Part shown: in pieces, positions 1 through 9,233 of the stretch
Layout: every line of letters begins with the position of its first letter
Position numbering within the stretch: the first letter of the stretch is position 1
Assembly: GCA_965203095.1 (NCBI GenBank)
Contig: OZ241877.1
Location: forward strand, 1,600,001 to 1,664,000
Length of the DNA stretch: 64,000 nucleotides
Direction of reading: 5' to 3'
Origin: Bdellovibrionales bacterium
GTDB lineage: Bacteria > Bdellovibrionota > Bdellovibrionia > Bdellovibrionales > UBA1609
Position numbers and translations under genes: made by a program
The notes under the pieces: model-generated
What the model saw: only the letters and a program-made list of their open reading frames with translations
The model's database searches: none
Told to the model about the DNA's origin: nothing

Positions 1-827
1 TAATAAATATAAGAGGGAGCACCCTCTTGCAAACGGCCAGCAAAATAGACATTGATAAGACTAATTAAAGACAGACCAGAGAGGGCTAAAAGCCCGGGCA
101 AAAATCGCCTTCCCACATGAAGGACAGAGGGGTCATAACGGAAAGTCCACCGGGGGATCAAATTAAGCCTTTTCAGTTCATAAATGACGGGAAGCAGTTG
201 TAGCAGGCCACCTAAGATTACTGCCCAGCCCAAAGATAATGCAGGGAAGGGCCACCAAGACTCTGGGGTCCAAGAAAAGGCAATAAGGCTTAAATTTAAA
301 AAGGCAGGGGCTATTGCTGGTAGAAAAAACCTTCCAAAAACCTGAATTGTTGATGTGAAATAGGAATAGAGGCTCACAAAAAACAAATAAGAAAAAACCA
401 AACGGCCAACAAGAATAGTTTTTTGTAGTTTTCCCTCAATTTGGTCGTAAGCCGAACCGGCAAAAAATAAATTCATAATGTCTTCCATAAAATACATTCC
501 TAAAAGACTGAGAGTGCCGGACAGGCAAAAGATCAAGCTGAAAAGATAGGAGTTGAGATTTTTTGCCTTGTTTTTCCCTTCTGGTTTTTGTAAGAGTTCG
601 GCTAAAGCCGGCGTCACACTGCTTGTAAAAGAGCCTTCCCCTATAAGTTTTCTAAAAAAATTAGGGAATCGGAAGGCAACAAAAAATATGTCTGTTTCTG
701 TTTTTGAAAAAAAACCAGCAATGCAGAGATCTCTTAAAAAGCCTGAAATCCGACTGATAAGGATGCCTAAGGACATCCGGCCGGCCGGCTGGCTAACATT
801 GTTGTTTTGTTTATTTTGATTTTTCAA
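1..827 (-). CDS. murJ: Lipid II flippase MurJ (MviN), 5' part; runs off the window start
   Basis: Not in the ORF track. Manual translation of the minus strand from TTG at 827 gives LKNQNK...MSLGILISRISGFLRDLCIAGFFSKTETDIFFVAFRFPNFFRKLIGEGSFTSSVTP, the MurJ N-terminal signature (SRxxGFxRD; AFRxPNxFRxLxxEG). Confidence 0.9.
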   Translation of the reverse strand, partial: MKNQNKQNNNVSQPAGRMSLGILISRISGFLRDLCIAGFFSKTETDIFFVAFRFPNFFRKLIGEGSFTSSVTPALAELLQKPEGKNKAKNLNSYLFSLIFCLSGTLSLLGMYFMEDIMNLFFAGSAYDQIEGKLQKTILVGRLVFSYLFFVSLYSYFTSTIQVFGRFFLPAIAPAFLNLSLIAFSWTPESWWPFPALSLGWAVILGGLLQLLPVIYELKRLNLIPRWTFRYDPSVLHVGRRFLPGLLALSGLSLISLINVYFAGRLQEGAPSYIY

Positions 828-932
828 AAAAACCTCAGTTGGACCCTCAGTCGGACGGGGAATTTCACAAAACTTTGCCCTTAAGCTTATTAAAAACAAA
901 AGTATAAAGCAGGTCGGTATTTTTGTCTAATC

Positions 933-2132
933 TCAAAGTTGGAAAAGGGATCTGATTTTTAACAATGAATCTAAAGCAGAACAAGGGGAAGGGCCCAGGG
1001 AGTTGATATGCCCCATTTTTCTGTTTTTCTGGTTCAAAACCTTCCCATACCAATAGAGATAGATATTTTTTTTAAGCTCAAAAGGAATGGAGAAGTTGGG
1101 CTGGAGGTAGTGTTTTTTCCCTTTGTGCCAGAAAAAGGGTCGAGCCTCTTGTTCCCCTAAGAGATTTAACATGGCAAAGCCTTTACTTATGATTTTAGGC
1201 TGGCTCAAAGGGTGCTCATTTATGGCTTTCAGATGGGCACTGAATTGATCTTCACTCAAACTGTCCAAGGAATAATGGCCAGTGTTATGGACCCGCGGGG
1301 CCAGTTCATTAACCATAAGCCTTTCTCCTATGTCAAAAAGCTCAAAAGCCATAAGCCCTTGGTATTTTATTTCGTTTAAAAAAATCTTAACTTGTTTTTT
1401 CAAAGAGGCCCATTTTTTGTGATGGGCTGGGCCTTTAATCCAAAGGCAGATGGATTTTTTTTGCCAGCTCTCCACTAAGGGGAAAAAAACCAGCTGAGTT
1501 TTTTTACTGCGGACAGCCAGAAAGGCCAATTCCCTTTTAAAGGGGACAAACTTTTCAGCAATAAAAGCACCAGAGGGAAGATGGCTTATTTGAGCTTTTT
1601 TTTTGATTATAAAAGTCCCTTTGCCGTCATAAGCCCCCATTCGCTTTTTTAAAACAAAAGGCCCCCACTGGCCCCATAAATCAGTGAGTTTTTTTTGGCT
1701 CAGGGGGGTGAGATCCACTTTAATAAAATCTGCTGTGGGGATCTTATATTTTTTGAGAAGTTTTTTTTGTGTCCACCGATCTTGAATAAGGGACAAAACT
1801 TTTAAAGAGGGAGCAAATAAGGGCTTTTGACTTCTTATATTTTTTAAAGCTTTTTTCATGTTAGCAGTGGGAAAAAACTCACTTTCAAAAGTGACAACAT
1901 CTACAAGTGAAAAAAATTTTTGGAGGTCTTTGATTTTTAAAGGATCTCCTGGAATCCAAAAAGGATAGCCCTGAGCCGCCGGATCTTTTTTTGACGGGGA
2001 AAGGACAAAAGCCTTAACCCCCATATCTTTTGCTTTTAAACTGAGGAGCTGGGCCAACTGCCCTCCGCCTAAAATGCCAATAGTCGGATCTTTTTTGAAA
2101 GCATGATTTTTTAAATCATCTTGTTTTTGCAT
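933..2132 (-). CDS. purK: N5-carboxyaminoimidazole ribonucleotide synthase (ATP-grasp)
   Basis: IGILGGGQL, VTFESE, GAYDGKG, NELAPRVHNTGHYS, RKMGHI motifs. Confidence 0.93.
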   Translation of the reverse strand: MQKQDDLKNHAFKKDPTIGILGGGQLAQLLSLKAKDMGVKAFVLSPSKKDPAAQGYPFWIPGDPLKIKDLQKFFSLVDVVTFESEFFPTANMKKALKNIRSQKPLFAPSLKVLSLIQDRWTQKKLLKKYKIPTADFIKVDLTPLSQKKLTDLWGQWGPFVLKKRMGAYDGKGTFIIKKKAQISHLPSGAFIAEKFVPFKRELAFLAVRSKKTQLVFFPLVESWQKKSICLWIKGPAHHKKWASLKKQVKIFLNEIKYQGLMAFELFDIGERLMVNELAPRVHNTGHYSLDSLSEDQFSAHLKAINEHPLSQPKIISKGFAMLNLLGEQEARPFFWHKGKKHYLQPNFSIPFELKKNIYLYWYGKVLNQKNRKMGHINSLGPSPCSALDSLLKIRSLFQL

Positions 2133-2188
2133 TTCTGTTTAAGCCCCTTATTATTATTCAAGAAGGATTTTGAGATAATAGCTGGCCA

Positions 2189-2464
2189 TTAGATGGAAGA
2201 ATCTTCGTTTTCTGCTTGCAGGAGAGCGTCTAACTGCTTTTTTTTATCTAACTCCATCATGTCAGAACAACCCCCGATAAACTGCCCGTTAATGAAAATT
2301 TGTGGCACAGTCCTCATTCCAGTTTTGTCCATCAATGACTTTAACTCCTCCAGCTTGTCATCCATTAAAAACTCTTGAAAGGCCATTCCCTTTTGTTTGA
2401 GAAGTTGTTTGGCCAAATCACAGGCCGGACAATAGGTTTTAGTGTAAATTTTGACAATAGCCAT
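2189..2464 (-). CDS. grxC: Glutaredoxin 3-like (CPAC active site)
   Basis: YTKTYCPAC, RTVPQIFINGQFIGGC. ATG at 2464 preferred over the GTG at 2482. Confidence 0.88.
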   Translation of the reverse strand: MAIVKIYTKTYCPACDLAKQLLKQKGMAFQEFLMDDKLEELKSLMDKTGMRTVPQIFINGQFIGGCSDMMELDKKKQLDALLQAENEDSSI

Positions 2465-2612
2465 TTCTTTGTATCCACTCACTCTTTATGAGGCTTGGTT
2501 GAAACTTCTATCATATCCATAACCATTCCTTAAGCTTTATTATTGGCCATTGGCAGGAAAAAATCAAGTTTTTTAAAAAAGCCTTTAAAATAAAGGGTTT
2601 TTATGAAAATAA

Positions 2613-2676
2613 AGGTTCATGACACTTTAAGCTATGTTTGATATTAGCTAAAGTGTTGAAATGAATAGAAAAAACA
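2613..2676. repeat. 64-bp sequence, exact inverted copy of 5991-6054; internally an imperfect palindrome
   Basis: AGGTTCATGACACTTTAAGCTATGTTTGATATTAGCTAAAGTGTTGAAATGAATAGAAAAAACA is the reverse complement of 5991-6054. Confidence 0.92.
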
Positions 2677-2833
2677 GTTTATTATGAGACCTTAAAGATT
2701 TTTTAAGTTTTTTTAAGTTTGCTTTCTGTCTTGCTTTATGAAATTTTAGAGGAGCTTAAGTTAACTGAATTTTCTGGTCAAAGCTGAGCAGAAAAGACAG
2801 GAATTTTCAAACAAAATCAGTAAAGGAGGTTTT

Positions 2834-3493
2834 ATGAAAATTCTATTTTTATTATCCTTGTTTTTAAATGGAAGTCCATCTGTCGCGTCTGGCAATAATG
2901 TTGAAGAGTTGGCTTCTCCCAGTATTTTTTTGAATGCAGAATTGTCGTCTCCATATATCTTGCAGGCAGGAACGAACCAAACTATTCCCTCATTGATAGT
3001 CCAAGTTTTTGGAGAAGGCCCTTGTGCTATTACTTTAGATAGAGAGACTTTAGCTCGTTCAGCTATTGATCCAAAAGAATTGAAATCAGCTTTATTTTCA
3101 AGATCTCAAACTGAACATTTGGAAATTCCAGCAAATTCAAATTTTTCAGAATTTAAAATTTGCTCAAAAGAAACCACAAGCAAAACACTATCCTTTTTAA
3201 CTTCAGTTCAGCAACCTGTTGAAATATCAGCTCTTCCTTCTTTAGCTATTTTTGGGATATCATATTATGCTTTTTGTTCTGCTTTGGGTTTTGGTATCGA
3301 TAAGGCAAAGATTATTCAAAAAGATTGTGGAGCTGTTGCTTCTTATGAGTGTGAAGAAGTTTCTGGATCAGAAGTTGTAGCTGTTGTAGGCTTGATAGCC
3401 TGTGCCCCGGTAAGTGGTATAAATAAAATGCTTCGCTGGGTTATTTTGGGCGATAGAGAGGGTTGGAGCCCTTATTACCTACGAGGGGAATGA
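2834..3493 (+). CDS. Hypothetical secreted/membrane protein
   Basis: AAGGAGG RBS at 2823-2829, signal-peptide-like N-terminus, hydrophobic Cys-containing C-terminal segments; family not recognised. Confidence 0.7.
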   Translation: MKILFLLSLFLNGSPSVASGNNVEELASPSIFLNAELSSPYILQAGTNQTIPSLIVQVFGEGPCAITLDRETLARSAIDPKELKSALFSRSQTEHLEIPANSNFSEFKICSKETTSKTLSFLTSVQQPVEISALPSLAIFGISYYAFCSALGFGIDKAKIIQKDCGAVASYECEEVSGSEVVAVVGLIACAPVSGINKMLRWVILGDREGWSPYYLRGE

Positions 3494-3583
3494 GCTTGCT
3501 GAGCCTGAACCTTAAGTTTTTAAGATACTGTGTGGTGAAGGATATAGACAGAGATAATTCACCTATTCCTAAAATAATAAATT

Positions 3584-5494
3584 TTATTTGAGATAGGTGG
3601 ATCGAGAAAGGTTTTCTTCAAACTTTTCCATCAATAATCCCGCTGTTTGGCGGGAAAGTCGCCCTTGGTTAACACTATTTTCAGTTTGATCATGCATTTT
3701 ATCCATAATTTGTCTTTTGTGGAACTCCACATATTCCAAAACCTCTGATATGGAATCCGCCTCCACCCTGTGCTCCACAACATATTGCCCCTCCCCTTTG
3801 ATCCGAATATGAACAGCATTTGTATCTCCAAAAAGATTGTGCAGATCTCCTAATATTTCTTGATAGGCCCCTGTCAAAAAGATCCCTAAAAGATAAAGCT
3901 CTCCTGTTTTAAATTCATGAACAGGTAAAAAAGGTTGAACCTCCCAAGTGGAATAATCAATAATTTTTGAAATTTGCCCGTCTGAGTCGCAAGTGAGATC
4001 CACTAAACGGGCTTGCCGATCGGGTTTTTCATCTAAACGGTGAATGGGCAAAACAGGAAAAGTGTAAGACAAAGCCCAAGAATCCGGCAAACTCTGGAAG
4101 ACAGAAAAGTTGCAAAAATAAGTGTCCACAAGCTGGTTTTTTAAAGTAATAAAAATATCTTCATAATCCAGTTGATTTTCAGTTAAGTCTTTTAATTTTT
4201 TAATGGACTTCCAATAAATATTTTCTGCCTCGGCCCTATCCTTAAGAGAGAGCCGGCCATAGAGAAAGATTTGAGTCATTTCCTTTTTCTTCTCTATCAG
4301 ATCGTTAAAAGACTCGTTGTAAGAGATTTTAGGAATGTTTTGATAAATATCATAAAGATCTTTTAAAAAAGTAGGGCTGTTTTCCTGAACAAGGATATTT
4401 TTATTCGTCACGACAGAGTTTTTATCCAAAACATTAAAAACCAAGAGAGAGCTTTGGGCCACTAAAAACCGGCCGGACTCTGAGATGATATGCGGATGGG
4501 GGATTTTTTTAGAGATAGATTGAAGGGCAAAAACAATATCGTTGGCATATTCTTGAATATCATAGTTTGTGGAGCTTTTAGTTGTCCCGGAGCCGTCATA
4601 ATCCACAGCCAGCCCCCCCCCTACATCTACATATTTGATAGGGCAGTCCATAAGATACAGTTCAGACACAATGCGAGCACATTCCTTAATAGCAGATTTA
4701 ATAGGGTGAATAGAGGGGATTTGAGATCCAATATGAAAATGAGCCAACTGGACACAGTCTAAAAAACCCTCTTTTTTTATTCGCTCTACTGTGCTCACCA
4801 ACTGTTGTGCGTTCAAGCCAAACTTGGAATCCCCTCCAGAGCTTTTCCCCCAAAAGCCTTCAGACTGAGTATGAAGTTTCAAGCGGAAGCCTATGCGGGG
4901 TTTGACCTGCAACTTCCGGGACATTTCCAAAATAAGATCCCATTCTTTTTCCCGCTCTATCACAATAAAAATATTTCTCCCTGTTTTTTGAGAGAGAAGG
5001 GCCATCTCTATATAAGATCTGTCTTTAAAACCATTGCATATAATCAAGCCTTCCGGGTTGTTCATAAAGGCCAAAGCGATCAACAGCTCCGGCTTGCTTC
5101 CGGCCTCCAGGCCAAAGTTGTAGTCTTTCCCCGTTTGAACAATATCTTCTATAATATGTTTTTGCTGATTCACTTTAATAGGGAAAACCCCATAATAGCG
5201 ACCCCGGTAGCCTTGCTCTTTAATGGCTTTGTTAAAGCAGGAGCAAATTTTATTCATTTGAGAGTGAATAATATCAGGGAATCTCAACAAAAGGGGAAAG
5301 GGGATGGATCGCTCTTTAAAAGAGCTGAGCATTTCAAAAAGATCTAAGGATGGCCCTGTCTGGCCTTTAGGTTGAACCTGAACATGGCCTTTGCTGTTAA
5401 TGCTGAAGTAGCCGTTCCCCCAAAAATCTATTCCATAAAGAGCGGAACTTTGAGCCGGCCCCCATGGTTTTTTGTTCATTGGATTTTTATTCAT
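3584..5494 (-). CDS. speA: Biosynthetic arginine decarboxylase
   Basis: VFPIKVNQ (PLP lysine), GLEAGSKPEL, HFHIGSQI, DVGGGLAVDYDG, NFSVFQSLPDSWA, TCDSDG, GAYQEILGDLHNLFGD. Confidence 0.96.
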   Translation of the reverse strand: MNKNPMNKKPWGPAQSSALYGIDFWGNGYFSINSKGHVQVQPKGQTGPSLDLFEMLSSFKERSIPFPLLLRFPDIIHSQMNKICSCFNKAIKEQGYRGRYYGVFPIKVNQQKHIIEDIVQTGKDYNFGLEAGSKPELLIALAFMNNPEGLIICNGFKDRSYIEMALLSQKTGRNIFIVIEREKEWDLILEMSRKLQVKPRIGFRLKLHTQSEGFWGKSSGGDSKFGLNAQQLVSTVERIKKEGFLDCVQLAHFHIGSQIPSIHPIKSAIKECARIVSELYLMDCPIKYVDVGGGLAVDYDGSGTTKSSTNYDIQEYANDIVFALQSISKKIPHPHIISESGRFLVAQSSLLVFNVLDKNSVVTNKNILVQENSPTFLKDLYDIYQNIPKISYNESFNDLIEKKKEMTQIFLYGRLSLKDRAEAENIYWKSIKKLKDLTENQLDYEDIFITLKNQLVDTYFCNFSVFQSLPDSWALSYTFPVLPIHRLDEKPDRQARLVDLTCDSDGQISKIIDYSTWEVQPFLPVHEFKTGELYLLGIFLTGAYQEILGDLHNLFGDTNAVHIRIKGEGQYVVEHRVEADSISEVLEYVEFHKRQIMDKMHDQTENSVNQGRLSRQTAGLLMEKFEENLSRSTYLK

Positions 5495-5523
5495 CTTCTG
5501 CCCCTCCTTAAAGTTTTTTTGTT

Positions 5524-5613
5524 TGGCGGAGAGAGAGGGATTCGAACCCCCGAGACGGTGACCCGCCTACACGCTTTCCAAGCGTGCGCCTTCAGCCACT
5601 CGGCCATCTCTCC
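5524..5613 (-). tRNA. tRNA-Ser(GGA)
   Basis: Reverse complement GGAGAGATGGCCGAGTGGCTGAAGGCGCACGCTTGGAAAGCGTGTAGGCGGGTCACCGTCTCGGGGGTTCGAATCCCTCTCTCTCCGCCA: cloverleaf, GGA anticodon, long variable arm, encoded CCA. Confidence 0.97.
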
Positions 5614-5704
5614 GTTTTTAGTCAAAAATAACATTCTGCCTTTAAAGAGTTTTTTTAAATATTTTCGTGATTTTTAAAAAAGCCCCCCATAATCTCACTA
5701 TACT

Positions 5705-5967
5705 GAGTTGCCCCTGGAAAAGTCTACATTTAATAGATCGCATAAGCAAAAATTCACTGGACTTTTCAGTTCTCACCTTGAGCAGGAATCCAGTTAGATA
5801 AAGCAAAGGTTATTCTTAGTTTCTTTGCCTAAAGGTCCGTCCCATTTCGGGACGGGGAATACCTTGGACCCTTATGGGACGGCCTTTAGGCAAAAGTCAT
5901 TGAAAAGTCTGCCCCTATAAAAACAGGGAATGAGAAGGGCTAACTGAGGCTTTTTCACGGGGGACTA
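5705..5967. mobile_element. Dispersed palindromic MITE-like element, copy 1 (mosaic)
   Basis: Degenerate left end GAGTTGCCCCTGGAAAA, right end TTTTTCACGGGGGACTA, hairpin core TTTGCCTAAAGG..CATTTCGGGACGGGGAATACCTTGGACCCTTATG..CCTTTAGGCAAA. Left part matches the 58402 copy, right part matches the 21901 and 33741 copies. Confidence 0.75.
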
Positions 5968-5969
5968 AA

Positions 5970-6125
5970 TAGTTATCCGTGAAAAACCTTTGTTTTTTCT
6001 ATTCATTTCAACACTTTAGCTAATATCAAACATAGCTTAAAGTGTCATGAACCTAACTTTTTTTGTCCAAAGGACCATTCCATTTCGGTATAACAATACC
6101 TTGGATCCTCACCGAGGGCTTTGGT
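5970..6125. mobile_element. MITE-like element copy 2 (truncated), carrying a 56-bp nested insert
   Basis: Begins TAGTTATCCGTGAAAAACCTTTG; aligns with the reverse complement of the 17757 and 19509 copies except for the insert at 5999-6054. Confidence 0.75.
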
Positions 6126-6314
6126 TCTATGCTGAATTTTAAAAAACTGTCTCATTAAAGACGGGACTAAAAGCTTAAAACACACTTAAAGTTGAGTTTT
6201 AGGCAAGTTTTGGGCAAAAAAACAAAAAAATATAGACAAAAAGAAGAAAAACTGATTGAATTGCTTTGAACTTTCAAACCATACAGATTATGTTTTTTAT
6301 TAAAATTTTTTTCA

Positions 6315-6335
6315 CCCCCCCCCCCCCCCCCCCCC
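6315..6335 (+). repeat. C21 homopolymer tract upstream of the protease genes
   Basis: 21 consecutive C residues, 27 bp before the TTG at 6363. Confidence 0.9.
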
Positions 6336-6362
6336 ATAAGTCTGGGTAAACAATCTTATAAA

Positions 6363-7241
6363 TTGAAAAATCCATTTTTTAGAGTTTTTTTCATCTTGTT
6401 GGTTTTTTTTGTTTTTTCTTTAAATAAATCTTTGGCTTTAACGGAAGAGCTGGTAGAACCTCCAGATTTTGGTGAAAAAGGTCCTCCAGCTAAAGGAATC
6501 ATTTTGGCCTTTAAACATTGGCCCCTCAGTAAAGAGGAATCCAAAGCCATTTTAAAAAAAGCCAATGCCTTAGAGTTAAGCAAAATTAACGAATACTCTA
6601 TTTTTAAATCTTATGTTTTTGAATGGGCGGAGTGGAAAAATGCGGAACAGGCCATCAGGGCTTGTGAGGGCTTTGCTGACTTTTCTAACATTTTAGATTA
6701 TTGCGAACCGGACTTTTTGCTCTCTCCCGCTACAGGTTTGTTGAGGAAAAAAGCCAAAAAAAATCTGCATAAAGAAAGAGAAAGAAGAGGCTTTGGCCCT
6801 GATACGGAACCGACTCCCGGAGTCAAATTGGCTCCTCCGCCGGTCTCCTCAGGTTCTGGCAATATTGTTTCTTGCAATATTGTCCCCACTCAACTGAAGT
6901 TGAAGGGAGGAGCACTTTCCGATTACTGGGCACAGGAGATGGTGGGGGCCGACCTCATGAAGGAAAGGCTGAAAAAAGCCCCTTCAATGAAGAAACATTT
7001 GGTGGCTGTTTTTGACAGCCCTTATAGCTACCGGCATGACATTGCCACCAAAAATATTATTTCCGGAAAAGGGAGACAGGCCACATTGCCAGATATAGGC
7101 AAAAGCATGACGGTTTTTGATTCTTCTCTTCCCTCTTATAATATGGATAACAGCCATTATTTAAATAGAGTCGCCAATGAAAAATGTGCTGATAAAAAAA
7201 AGCAAAAAGAGAAAACATCATTCTCTTCCACAAATTCTTAG
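6363..7241 (+). CDS. Secreted S8 (subtilisin-like) peptidase, N-terminal portion: propeptide plus Asp/His region
   Basis: Signal peptide, prodomain ending in a YCEPD-like motif, YWAQEMVGAD, LVAVFDS (catalytic Asp motif), RHDIATKNII (putative His region); no GTS motif. Confidence 0.65.
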   Translation: MKNPFFRVFFILLVFFVFSLNKSLALTEELVEPPDFGEKGPPAKGIILAFKHWPLSKEESKAILKKANALELSKINEYSIFKSYVFEWAEWKNAEQAIRACEGFADFSNILDYCEPDFLLSPATGLLRKKAKKNLHKERERRGFGPDTEPTPGVKLAPPPVSSGSGNIVSCNIVPTQLKLKGGALSDYWAQEMVGADLMKERLKKAPSMKKHLVAVFDSPYSYRHDIATKNIISGKGRQATLPDIGKSMTVFDSSLPSYNMDNSHYLNRVANEKCADKKKQKEKTSFSSTNS

Positions 7242-7276
7242 ATGAGGGAGATAATTTTATTTGAATAGGGTTTTTT

Positions 7277-8803
7277 ATGAAAACAATTTTCCTATTAGCT
7301 TTTATGTTGGTGTTTTTTCCAGAGATTTCTGAATCTGGTGGTCTTAAAAAAAAACTTATAAAAAAATCCACCCCAAAAACACCAGCCCCTCCGGCTATTG
7401 AGACTCCTACTGAATCCCACATAAGAATCAGTGACGATCCTTATGAGCAATGCAAAGCCACAGTTCTTCCCTCTTTTATTAATTTTTCTATGGGGTGGGG
7501 TGATCCCAAATACAAAGTCAAATTTGGCCCCTTTAAAACTAAAATAGATGCTGGTTTGGCTTCATATAGGGCTTTTGATTCTCTCTCCCCTCCGGCAGTG
7601 ATGGTGGCCGCGGCGGAAAACTCTCATCCTAAGCCTCTGGACCCTCTCAAAGTTAAAGCCTCAAAAGACAAAAACTTTAATATGATCCTTGTTGGAAACT
7701 TAGGCCCATCAGGCCATAAATGGCCTGATTCTCAAGAGGGGGAGGAGGTGCATATTTCAGCCCCTTCAGCCAACTTCCTCACATCTTCCAATAATGATGG
7801 GCATTACCGTAGGTTTGGTGGAACCAGTGGGGCCGCACCTTTGGTGACAGGTGCCCTGGCGGGTTTTGAGTGGCTATCGGGCTATCATCCCACAGCTGAA
7901 GAGTCCAAAATCCTTTTGGAAAAAACAGCCATAAAAACCCCTATATCCCTAAAAAAACCCAGGAAAAACGGGGCGGGAATGCTCAACTCCTACAAAATGG
8001 CTATGGTGGGAGAGGAGCTTAAAAGGCTTTGTGGGAAAAACATTTCCTGCTTTAAACAAAATATTAAAAATCCAGCCATTTATAAATTTCCTGAAGATCC
8101 CTCTTTAACAGCGGATGTCCAGCAGGCTTTTCCGGAATGCAGTCAGGAATGTGGAGGCACAGAGGAATCTTGCAAAAACAAAGCCGAAGTTTTTAAAAGG
8201 CTCCGGAAGGAAAGCCTCCTCAACCCCTCTAACAGGGTGGCTTACAGGCAGTTAGCCTGTATTTACAAAAACAGTGGTTTGAGGAAAAATGCCCAAGGTG
8301 CCTTCAATACCTATAAAGCTTTAACCCCAGATGGTCCCGCTTGCCAACAAGATGCCCACTGTATATTGGTTCCGGATTGCCCTCGTTCCCATAGTTTTGG
8401 TCTTGACTCCAGCTCTCAACATTTCTCAGAAGCTGAAGGATCTGGAGTTGTCATGTCAAAAGGAGCATTAAAAGATGTCACAAAAACAAATGTTAATCGC
8501 CCTCCCTTTCGCTCTATGACAAAGGCTCAGGCGGAAACTTATAAACTGGCGAATTGCTCTCGAGAGCAGTTATGCCAATACCCACCCGATATCCATGGTG
8601 GGCCACATAAAAAAAAGGTAGAGGGTAAGACTTACATTAGCGAGTGTGTCAATTCCTCTTGTGTTGTGACGGAAGAAATCCCAGCCAAGCTAAAGCCTTC
8701 AACCACGCCAGCTGAGTCTAGCCCAGCTAATCCTCAAGGATCCTCATCACCTGCTGAGGGGTCCTCACAGCCAGCCTCTAATGGTTCCAATGGCCAAAGA
8801 TAG
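7277..8803 (+). CDS. Secreted S8 peptidase, C-terminal portion: oxyanion Asn, catalytic Ser and a Cys-rich tail
   Basis: Own signal peptide; INFSMG, VAAAEN, HISAP, FGGTSGAAPLVTGALA, GAGMLN motifs; no Asp/His motifs. Confidence 0.8.
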   Translation: MKTIFLLAFMLVFFPEISESGGLKKKLIKKSTPKTPAPPAIETPTESHIRISDDPYEQCKATVLPSFINFSMGWGDPKYKVKFGPFKTKIDAGLASYRAFDSLSPPAVMVAAAENSHPKPLDPLKVKASKDKNFNMILVGNLGPSGHKWPDSQEGEEVHISAPSANFLTSSNNDGHYRRFGGTSGAAPLVTGALAGFEWLSGYHPTAEESKILLEKTAIKTPISLKKPRKNGAGMLNSYKMAMVGEELKRLCGKNISCFKQNIKNPAIYKFPEDPSLTADVQQAFPECSQECGGTEESCKNKAEVFKRLRKESLLNPSNRVAYRQLACIYKNSGLRKNAQGAFNTYKALTPDGPACQQDAHCILVPDCPRSHSFGLDSSSQHFSEAEGSGVVMSKGALKDVTKTNVNRPPFRSMTKAQAETYKLANCSREQLCQYPPDIHGGPHKKKVEGKTYISECVNSSCVVTEEIPAKLKPSTTPAESSPANPQGSSSPAEGSSQPASNGSNGQR

Positions 8804-8856
8804 CTTAATCACATAAACTCAAACAAATTTTGTCAGCAAAATCATGAACATTTACA

Positions 8857-9075
8857 GTTCCCGTGAAAACGGGAATCCATAGTCGTTCCCGTGAAAACGG
8901 GAATCCATAGTCGTTCCCGTGAAAACGGGAATCCATAGTCGTTCCCGTGAAAACGGGAATCCATAGTCGTTCCCGTGAAAACGGGAATCCATAGTCGTTC
9001 CCGTGAAAACGGGAATCCATAGTCGTTCCCGTGAAAACGGGAATCCATAGTCGTTCCCGTGAAAACGGGAATCCA
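8857..9075. repeat. Tandem array of a 28-bp palindromic unit (7 full copies plus 1 partial), dRS3/REP-like
   Basis: Unit GTTCCCGTGAAAACGGGAATCCATAGTC starts at 8857, 8885, 8913, 8941, 8969, 8997, 9025 and 9053; units are identical with no spacers. Confidence 0.97.
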
Positions 9076-9129
9076 GAAATCTCTGTTCTTTCCGTAAAAC
9101 GAGACCAAAAACACTATTCTCTAAGTTTC

Positions 9130-9199
9130 TTTGTCCAAAGCCCGCCCCATTTCGGGACGGCAATACCTTGGACCCTCATGGGGCGGGCTTTGGACAAAA
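9130..9199. repeat. Hairpin core of the dispersed element, copy 3
   Basis: TTTGTCCAAAGCCCGCCC-CATTTCGGGACGGCAATACCTTGGACCCTCATG-GGGCGGGCTTTGGACAAA. Confidence 0.9.
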
Positions 9200-9233
9200 G
9201 TAGTCAAGAGGATGCTTTTTTAGATCGAATTTT

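Noticed and set aside
553..819. 88-aa plus-strand ORF and the many other short antisense ORFs in the track
   Set aside because: They lie antisense or out of frame to well-supported genes (murJ, speA, topA, act genes, valS) with no recognisable motifs.
5524..5705. Integrative element or prophage at tRNA-Ser
   Set aside because: No integrase and no duplicated tRNA 3' end were seen in the window.
8857..9075. CRISPR array
   Set aside because: The 28-bp units are contiguous and identical with no unique spacers, and there are no cas genes in the window.
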